Assembly: GCA_034722055.1 (NCBI GenBank)
Contig: JAYENL010000234.1
Location: 1-25,787 of the forward strand
Reading direction: 5' to 3'
DNA length: 25,787 nucleotides
From: Armatimonadota bacterium
GTDB lineage: Bacteria; Armatimonadota; Zipacnadia; Zipacnadales; UBA5352
The notes beneath the pieces were generated by a model. That model was not told the DNA's origin and made no database searches. It was given only the letters and a program-made list of their open reading frames with translations. Position numbers and translations under genes: made by a program. Positions 16,006 through 22,300 of this stretch are shown piece by piece (position 1 is the first letter of the stretch; each line of letters starts with the position of its first letter).

Positions 16006-17124
16006 TTACTCCTCCGCCCCACCATGAATGAGCTTCTCCAGCTCCGTGGGATTCTGTGCCCGACGCATGGCGTCCTCGTAGGTGATCAGGCTCTGCTTGT
16101 AGAGGTCCCGCAGCGCCTGGTCCATGGTCTGCATCCCCAGCTCCCCGCTGGTCTGGATCACCGAGGTGATCTGATGCGCCTTTGCCTCGCGGATCAGATT
16201 CCTGATGGCCGCGTTGGCGATCATCACCTCGACCGCCGCCAGCCGGCCCGGCTGGCCCGCGCGCCGGAGAAGCTGCTGCGACAGGATGGCCACCAGGTTG
16301 TTCGAGAGCTGGATCCGGATCTGCTCCTGCTGCGCCGGCGGGAAGACGTCGATCATGCGGTCAACCGACTCCGCGGAATTGTTGGTGTGCAGGGTGGCCA
16401 TCACCAGGTGGCCCGTCTCCGCACAGGTGACCGCGAGCTGGATGGTCTCCAGGTCTCGCATCTCCCCCACCAGGATGACGTCCGGGTCCTCGCGCAGCGC
16501 CGCCCGCAGCGCGTTGTTGAAGCTGTGGGTGTCGTGGCCGAGCTCTCGCTGATTGATGACCGACTTGTTGTGGTCATGCAGGTACTCGATGGGGTCCTCG
16601 ATGGTGATGATGTGCTCCGCCCGCTCGTGGTTGATCTGATCCAGCATCGCCGCCAGCGTCGTTGACTTGCCCGAGCCGGTGGGGCCCGTCACCAGCAGCA
16701 GTCCCCGCACCCGCCGGGACAGATCCTCCAGCACCGGCGGCAGCCCCAGCTCCTTGATGGTCGGAATGCGCCGGGGAATCAGCCGGAAGGCCCCCGCCAC
16801 CGTCCCCCGGTCGCGGTAGATGTTCGTGCGAAAGCGAGCTACGTTCTGATACGCGTAGGAGCAGTCCAGCTCCAGGTCCGTCTCGAAGCGCTGAATCTGG
16901 TCATCGGTGAGGATGTCATAAAGCATCCGCTGCGCGATGTCCGGCGTGATCTCCTCGTAGCGGGTCTTCTTAAGCTCACCGTCGATCCGCAGCACGGGCG
17001 GCAGTCCCGCCGTCACGTGCAGGTCCGAGGCGTTATGCTCAACGACGAGCTCCAGGAGCTCGTCGAGATGCACATCACGAATCGGCTTGACCTTCCGCCG
17101 ACGTGTCCTCTGCTCTGTCGTCAT
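16006..17124 (-). CDS. pilT: Type IV pilus retraction ATPase PilT
   Basis: ASDLH, Walker A GPTGSGKST, Asp box TIEDPIEY, Walker B LREDPDVILVGEMRD, His box GHLVMATLH and the PilT-specific AIRNLIRE motif. Start at ATG 17124 with AGGAGG RBS. Confidence 0.97.
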   Translation of the reverse strand: MTTEQRTRRRKVKPIRDVHLDELLELVVEHNASDLHVTAGLPPVLRIDGELKKTRYEEITPDIAQRMLYDILTDDQIQRFETDLELDCSYAYQNVARFRTNIYRDRGTVAGAFRLIPRRIPTIKELGLPPVLEDLSRRVRGLLLVTGPTGSGKSTTLAAMLDQINHERAEHIITIEDPIEYLHDHNKSVINQRELGHDTHSFNNALRAALREDPDVILVGEMRDLETIQLAVTCAETGHLVMATLHTNNSAESVDRMIDVFPPAQQEQIRIQLSNNLVAILSQQLLRRAGQPGRLAAVEVMIANAAIRNLIREAKAHQITSVIQTSGELGMQTMDQALRDLYKQSLITYEDAMRRAQNPTELEKLIHGGAEE

Positions 17125-17172
17125 GAAGCTCCTCCTGATTGGCGCGCCTACCCCCACATCGGCGGGCCCCGA

Positions 17173-18960
17173 CTACCTCACCGTGGATACAACGCGCATG
17201 ATCTCGTCAACGTCAGTAATGCCCGATATGGCCTTGTCCATCGCGTCGTCCACCAGCGTCACCATCCCGCCGGCCAGCGCCGCCTCCTTCACCTGGTCGG
17301 CCGAGGCTCGCTTCACCACCAGCTCCCGGATCTCCTGGGTCATGACCATCAGCTCGAAGACCGCGATCCGACCCCGATACCCCGTGTTCCGGCACGCCGG
17401 ACAGCCCGTGCCGCGGTAGAAGGTGACATCCTCGTTGGCGGGATCGTCCGGATCGAATCCCAGACCCAGAAGCTGATCGCGCGGCGGCTCGTAGGGCTCC
17501 CTGCAGTCCTCACACAGCCTCCGCGCCAACCGCTGGGAGATGGAGGCGATGACCGACGAGGAGATCAGGAACGGCTCCACACCCATATCGATCATCCGGG
17601 TAACCGTGGACGGCGCGTCGTTGGTGTGCAGGGTGCTGAGCACAAGGTGGCCGGTGAGAGCGGCCTGGATGGCGATCTCCGAGGTCTCCAGGTCCCGGAT
17701 CTCTCCCACCAGAATGATGTCCGGGTCCTGTCGCAGGAAGTACTTCAGCGCGATCGCGAAGGTCAGGCCCGCCTTCCGGTTCACGTGTACCTGGCTGATG
17801 CCGTCGATCTGATACTCAACCGGGTCCTCGATGGTGATGATATTCGACTCCACCGAGTTAATACGGTTGAGGATGGAGTACTGGGTGGTGGTCTTCCCGC
17901 TCCCCGTCGGTCCTGTGGAGAGGATCATCCCGTTGGGCTGGCGGATAAGGGTCTCCGTCTGTGCCAGCATGCTGGACGAGAACCCCAGATTCTCCAGGCC
18001 CATCATGATGGCGCGCTTGTCCAGAATGCGCATGACGCACTTCTCGCCCATCGTGGTGGGAATCGTCGATACCCGCAGGTCGTAGTCCTCGCCGGCGTGC
18101 CGGACATGGATGCGGCCGTCCTGCGGCACGCGCCTCTCCGCGATGTTCATGTTCGCCATGATCTTCAGACGCGAGATCAGTGGGGCGTGCACATACTTGG
18201 GCAGGCGCAGGATCTCGTGCAGGACGCCGTCGATGCGATAGCGGATGCGCACGCCGGCGCCGTGAGGCTCGGCGTGGATGTCGCTGGCGCGCTCCTGAAT
18301 GGCGCGCTGGATGAGGATCTTGGCGATGCGAATGATGGGAGCCTCGTCCGCCACGTCGGCGATCCGGTCGGTCTCGATGCGGTCGTGGTCCTCCCCAAGC
18401 TCCTCCTCGGTCGCCAGCATCCCGCTGTCCCGTACCGACTCCGCCAGCGCTTGCATGTCGCCCATGCCGAAGTCCGTCGCGGCCGGGCGCGCAGCGGCCC
18501 CACCCTCGCCGGCCGGCGCGGCGGCGTAGACCTTGTCGATCACCGACGCGATCTTGTCGGCCGGCGCCAGCATGGCCTCGACCTCTACCTGCAGCCGCAT
18601 CTTCAGGTCGTCGAGCGCCATGACATCCGTGGGCTCAGCCATCGCCACCCGAATTGTGCCCTCCTCACCACGGTCAACGGGGAGAGCCATGTGCCGCTTG
18701 GCGGTGTCCTGGCTGATGAGCTGGGCCACGCCAGGATCCACCTTCACCTCGTCCAGGTTGACGTACTCCACCCGCATCTGCTCGGCCAGAGTCTCATAAA
18801 GCGGCTTCTCCTCGACGAACCCCAGGTCCATGAGAATCTCGCCGATGCGCTGTGTGCTGTCCTCCTGCGCCGTCAGGGCCTGCTCGAGCTGCTCATCCGT
18901 GATGTGGCCCTTCTCAATGAGCATCTGCCCGATAAGCTTCCTGCCGCGAGATCTGCGCAT
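17173..18960 (-). CDS. pilB: Type IV pilus assembly ATPase PilB (GspE/PulE family) with N-terminal MshEN module
   Basis: ASDIH, RYRIDGVL, IAERRVPQDG, Walker A GPTGSGKTT, LRQDPDIILVGEIRD, GHLVLSTLHTND, tetracysteine CEDC...GCPAC, GYRGR. N-terminal tandem xxGxxLxxxGxxxxxxLxxxLxxQ motifs. ATG 18960 preferred over GTG 18969 on RBS spacing. Confidence 0.97.
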   Translation of the reverse strand: MRRSRGRKLIGQMLIEKGHITDEQLEQALTAQEDSTQRIGEILMDLGFVEEKPLYETLAEQMRVEYVNLDEVKVDPGVAQLISQDTAKRHMALPVDRGEEGTIRVAMAEPTDVMALDDLKMRLQVEVEAMLAPADKIASVIDKVYAAAPAGEGGAAARPAATDFGMGDMQALAESVRDSGMLATEEELGEDHDRIETDRIADVADEAPIIRIAKILIQRAIQERASDIHAEPHGAGVRIRYRIDGVLHEILRLPKYVHAPLISRLKIMANMNIAERRVPQDGRIHVRHAGEDYDLRVSTIPTTMGEKCVMRILDKRAIMMGLENLGFSSSMLAQTETLIRQPNGMILSTGPTGSGKTTTQYSILNRINSVESNIITIEDPVEYQIDGISQVHVNRKAGLTFAIALKYFLRQDPDIILVGEIRDLETSEIAIQAALTGHLVLSTLHTNDAPSTVTRMIDMGVEPFLISSSVIASISQRLARRLCEDCREPYEPPRDQLLGLGFDPDDPANEDVTFYRGTGCPACRNTGYRGRIAVFELMVMTQEIRELVVKRASADQVKEAALAGGMVTLVDDAMDKAISGITDVDEIMRVVSTVR

Positions 18961-19021
18961 GGTCTGCACCCTCTTGCACTCGTACTGCAGAAGTCTGCCG
19001 ACGGGTCTCCCTCGGCGTGCA

Positions 19022-19051
19022 ATTATAGGCCAGCCGCACTCGCACTGTCAA
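19022..19051 (-). promoter_or_regulatory. Consensus sigma70/sigmaA promoter for the pilB operon
   Basis: Minus strand TTGACA (19051-19046), 18-nt spacer GTGCGAGTGCGGCTGGCC, TATAAT (19027-19022), about 60 nt upstream of the pilB start. Two perfect hexamers in GC-rich DNA are unlikely by chance. Confidence 0.85.
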
Positions 19052-19053
19052 GC

Positions 19054-19075
19054 CGGTCACGGCGCGTCGTGACCG
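19054..19075. promoter_or_regulatory. Inverted repeat abutting the pilB -35 box; candidate transcription-factor operator
   Basis: CGGTCACG-gcgcgt-CGTGACCG (8-bp arms) lies 2 nt upstream of the -35 hexamer. A third GTCACGAC half-site occurs at 19087-19094. Confidence 0.5.
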
Positions 19076-19449
19076 CCCAGTACTCCGTCACGACCCCTGT
19101 GCCGCGCTTGCAAGCTTACCTTCCCCGCTGGGCCTTCGCACCCCTCCGGGTTCACAGTAGCTTAACTATGCCCGCCCCGTGTGCGCTCCGCCAATCGCTG
19201 CAGCTCGAAGGTCAGCCGCAGCAGACGCACTCGCCGCCACGCTACGAAGCAGGAATGGTTGACCTTCCTCGAGCGTGCTGTCTTCGCTATGTGTGGATAC
19301 CCAGCCAGGCGTAGCATCATGCAGCCTTAGACAATCCTTAACGACACGCCCAGGCCCCGGCGTCCCCCGCGGGCCGCCTCCCCGACAGCCGGGCAAAACG
19401 CAGGTGCGTCCTGCTGGTCGAGGTCCACTGTCACGGGCCAGGCCTCCCG

Positions 19450-21354
19450 CTACGCTCGCAGTCGCAGGATCGTCGCCGAATGTGGCGGGAAGCGGTAGGT
19501 CACAGGCAGCGCCATCGGCTCCAGCTTCTCCGTGTGTACACACACAGCCGCCGGCCTTGTCTCATCGTTCCAGGCTGCCTCGCTCTGTCCGTTGAGGATG
19601 CTGGCCTCAGCCAGGCGATGGCCCTCGACGCCGAAGAGCACGATCTCCGCCTCGACGCCCTCCGTCGGGCTCCGGTTCACCACTGACACGATCACCTCAT
19701 CGCCATCATCAGCGACCGTGGCACTGGCATCGAGCACAGGCACCTCCGAAAGCGCCGGGATGTTGCCGAAGGCCTCGGTATCGAAGGTTGGCCCCTCGCA
19801 ATCGCAGGCCACAGCCACCTGGCCGCAGTTGCCGGCGTAGAGCTCGAAGGCCCGATAGATGGCGGTCCCCCAGGCGCCCGTCTGCGAGGTGACAATCGCC
19901 GGCAGCACGTTCACGAGCTGCGCCAGGTTCGCCATGCTCACGTTTGGGGAGAGTCGGTGCAGCGCGTTGAAGACGCCGGCCGCGAACACCGCGTCCCGTA
20001 GCTCGTAGCGCTCCTCGATCCCTTCATCGCCTGTCGCATCCAGCCACACGTTCCACTCATCGAAGGCGATCTTCACCTCCGAGTCAGGTCCGAGCACTTC
20101 CTCGATCGTCTCCCCCACTGCCGCCAGGCGCCGCTCGATGTCCACCGGCGCGGCGACGATGGCACGATACTGCCGCTCGCGCTGCTCGTCATCACGCGTG
20201 TGTGGGACGTAGCGGTGCACGGACAGGTGGTCGATCTGCTCCCCGGCGATCTCCAGCACCGTTCGGTTCCAGTCCGGGAACCGCACCGGGTCGGCTCCCA
20301 CCGCGATCAGCTCGATCTCCGGGTCCGCCCCCCGCATGGCCTCCGCGAACTCCACGAACAGCCTCCCGTACTCCTCTGCCGGGACGTTCCCGATCTCCCA
20401 CCCACCATAGGTCTCGTTCCCCACGCTCCAGTACCTCACGTCCAGAGGCTCCTCGTTCCCGTGCGCCGCCCGCAGCCGTCCCATCTCGGTGTCTGCAGGA
20501 CCATTGCAGTACTCCACACACGCGGCAGCCTCCTCCGCGCCCGCCGAGCCGGTGTTGACGCAGATGTAGGGCTGTGCGCCCACCATCCGGCACCACGCCA
20601 CGAACTCGTCGGTCCCGAAGTCGTTGGGCTCCCACGCCCGCCAGGCTGGATCGTACACCGCCGGGCGCTCGGAGCGCGACCCCACCGCGTCGCGCCATCG
20701 GTATCCGTCCGCGAAGCACCCACCCGGCCAGCGGATCACCGGCGGGCTGATCGCCCGCACCAGCTCCAGCACATCCACCCGATATCCGCCGGTCTCCCGA
20801 TCGCGGGCTGTCATGAGACTCACGTCGCGGACCTGCATCTCCCCGCGCCCGCGACAGCCGATGGTCAGCGCTGCCTCGTCGCTGTCCCAGCGCCCGGGAA
20901 GCTCCACCTCCCACCGCTCCCACTCGGAGCCCGGCGCAGCCCGCACTTCACGCGCTCCCCCCAGCGCCATCTCCACCTCCCGGATCTCGCCCTGCGCAAC
21001 CCGAATCTCAAGCTGGACGCTGTACCGCACCCCCCGGCGCACCGCCAGGCCCGGATGCCGCACGGCGTGCAGCTCCGCGTCCCGGAGACACCGCATCCGC
21101 AGCGCATTGCGGCCTGGCCCTTCGGGTTGCAGATCGGTCAGAAGCTGCGGCGCCCTGTCGCCCACCTTCTGCCAGGGATCGGGCAGCCCATTGTGGTCGT
21201 CATCGAAGCCGACGAATCTGCGCCCCTGCAGCATCTCCCCCCAGATGCCGCCGTTGATGCACCGCCCCAGGTGCTCGATGAAGTGCCCGTAGATGTTGCG
21301 GTCGATCCGCCCGACGCGATTGTCCGCATCAACCGTGATCGTCGCCTGCAGCAT
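19450..21354 (-). CDS. Alpha-L-arabinofuranosidase, glycoside hydrolase family 51 (~634 aa), with an inserted CBM-like segment
   Basis: IYGHFIEHLGRCINGGIW, RWPGGCFADGYRWRD, NDFGTDEF, acid/base motif YWSVGNE, nucleophile motif IAFDEWNVW, ANLAQLVNVL, C-terminal FPPHSATIL. Start reassigned to ATG 21354 (GGGAG RBS), because the 21756 start overlaps comF. No signal peptide. Confidence 0.93.
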   Translation of the reverse strand: MLQATITVDADNRVGRIDRNIYGHFIEHLGRCINGGIWGEMLQGRRFVGFDDDHNGLPDPWQKVGDRAPQLLTDLQPEGPGRNALRMRCLRDAELHAVRHPGLAVRRGVRYSVQLEIRVAQGEIREVEMALGGAREVRAAPGSEWERWEVELPGRWDSDEAALTIGCRGRGEMQVRDVSLMTARDRETGGYRVDVLELVRAISPPVIRWPGGCFADGYRWRDAVGSRSERPAVYDPAWRAWEPNDFGTDEFVAWCRMVGAQPYICVNTGSAGAEEAAACVEYCNGPADTEMGRLRAAHGNEEPLDVRYWSVGNETYGGWEIGNVPAEEYGRLFVEFAEAMRGADPEIELIAVGADPVRFPDWNRTVLEIAGEQIDHLSVHRYVPHTRDDEQRERQYRAIVAAPVDIERRLAAVGETIEEVLGPDSEVKIAFDEWNVWLDATGDEGIEERYELRDAVFAAGVFNALHRLSPNVSMANLAQLVNVLPAIVTSQTGAWGTAIYRAFELYAGNCGQVAVACDCEGPTFDTEAFGNIPALSEVPVLDASATVADDGDEVIVSVVNRSPTEGVEAEIVLFGVEGHRLAEASILNGQSEAAWNDETRPAAVCVHTEKLEPMALPVTYRFPPHSATILRLRA

Positions 21355-21371
21355 GGTCTGGCTCTCCCTTC

Positions 21372-22130
21372 CTATCCGTCCAGGTACGCCGGGTGCCAGG
21401 ATGGCACCGTTCGGGTCGCGGTCAGTGCATACACCGCGACCGCCCCGGCCGCGCGCAGCGTGCGGGCGCACTCCTGGATCGTGGCCCCGGTGGTGAACAC
21501 GTCGTCGATCAGAATGACGGCCCGCCCCCGCAGCCGCCATACCTGTCGGGCCTCGAAGGCGCCTTTCACATTCGTCAGCCGCTCGCGCCCGCCCACCTCC
21601 GTCTGAGGCGTCGTGTCCCGGACGCGCTCGATCACGTCCGGCCAGACCTGCAGCTCCACCTCCGGCGCCATCCGCTCGGCCAACAGCTCCGCCTGATCGA
21701 AGCCCCGCCAGCGCCGCCGGTTCGGATGCAGCGGCACCGGCACCAGTGCCGCGCACTCGGCCAGCGGCAGACCGTTGCCCTCAACCTCGCGCCTGAAGCC
21801 GTCCACCATCATCTCCGCCAGAGGCTCTGCAAGTCGAGTGCGCCCGCCGAACTTGAAGGCCAGGACGGCATCCCGGAGGCTGCCCGTATGAAGCCCCGCG
21901 GCGCGAGCGCCGCTGAACTCTCGCCCCTCCCGGCAGTCGGAGCAGAGCATCGACGCCGGCTGCGTGTCCCGCAGCGGCACACCGCACAGCGCGCAGCAGT
22001 GCCCGCCGATGAACAGGACCTGCTCGCGGCACGTCTCACACAGGGGCTGAGCGCTTGGCTGCCCGCAGATCTGGCAGCGCGGCGGGAAGAGCAGATCCAG
22101 CAGCTCGTCGGCGATCCCCCGTGAGCGCAT
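21372..22130 (-). CDS. comF: ComF family protein (double zinc ribbon + phosphoribosyltransferase domain)
   Basis: LLDLLFPPRCQICG...CETC, CALCG...CSDC, LVPVPLH...RGFDQAELLA and the PRT motif VILIDDVFTTGAT. Confidence 0.95.
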   Translation of the reverse strand: MRSRGIADELLDLLFPPRCQICGQPSAQPLCETCREQVLFIGGHCCALCGVPLRDTQPASMLCSDCREGREFSGARAAGLHTGSLRDAVLAFKFGGRTRLAEPLAEMMVDGFRREVEGNGLPLAECAALVPVPLHPNRRRWRGFDQAELLAERMAPEVELQVWPDVIERVRDTTPQTEVGGRERLTNVKGAFEARQVWRLRGRAVILIDDVFTTGATIQECARTLRAAGAVAVYALTATRTVPSWHPAYLDG

Positions 22131-22141
22131 AACACCCGGCG

Positions 22142-22168
22142 GTTCGACGCCACGCCGTTCAGACCTGC
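22142..22168 (-). promoter_or_regulatory. Possible alternative-sigma (sigmaH-like) promoter directly upstream of comF
   Basis: Minus strand GCAGG-N18-GAAC (GCAGGTCTGAACGGCGTGGCGTCGAAC) ends 11 nt before the comF ATG, which has no clear RBS. Confidence 0.35.
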
Positions 22169-22199
22169 CTGTGCGGCCGATTTGATGGCTGCAGCGCGT

Positions 22200-22228
22200 T
22201 TGACACCCTGGGGGGTCTATGCTACGCT
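22200..22228 (+). promoter_or_regulatory. sigma70-type promoter for the M16 peptidase operon
   Basis: TTGACA (22200-22205), 17-nt spacer ending in TGc, TACGCT (22223-22228): an extended -10 arrangement about 70 nt upstream of ATG 22301. Confidence 0.7.
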
Positions 22229-22300
22229 TTCAGCCGATGCGCGCGCCTCCGGCTTGGGCCGGAGACGGGCGCTATTACCACTGGTGATTGGGGACCGAGT

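Noticed and set aside
12750..18960. Interpretation as a type II secretion system
   Set aside because: A bona fide PilT (AIRNLIRE) in pilB-pilT-pilC order indicates a retractile type IV pilus.
19388..19415. GGGCAAAACGCAGG reminiscent of the start of a c-di-GMP-I riboswitch
   Set aside because: The GNRA-capped P2 stem and GCAAAG/P3 tetraloop receptor are not found. It is also on the strand opposite pilB.
19166..19543. 125-aa minus-strand ORF in the GH51-pilB gap
   Set aside because: Overlaps the GH51 3' end, has no RBS or motif, and its composition is atypical.
21355..21756. N-terminal extension making a 768-aa GH51 protein
   Set aside because: Lies inside comF in another frame and is low-complexity. 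The GH51-like sequence starts at MLQATITVD (21354) with its own RBS.
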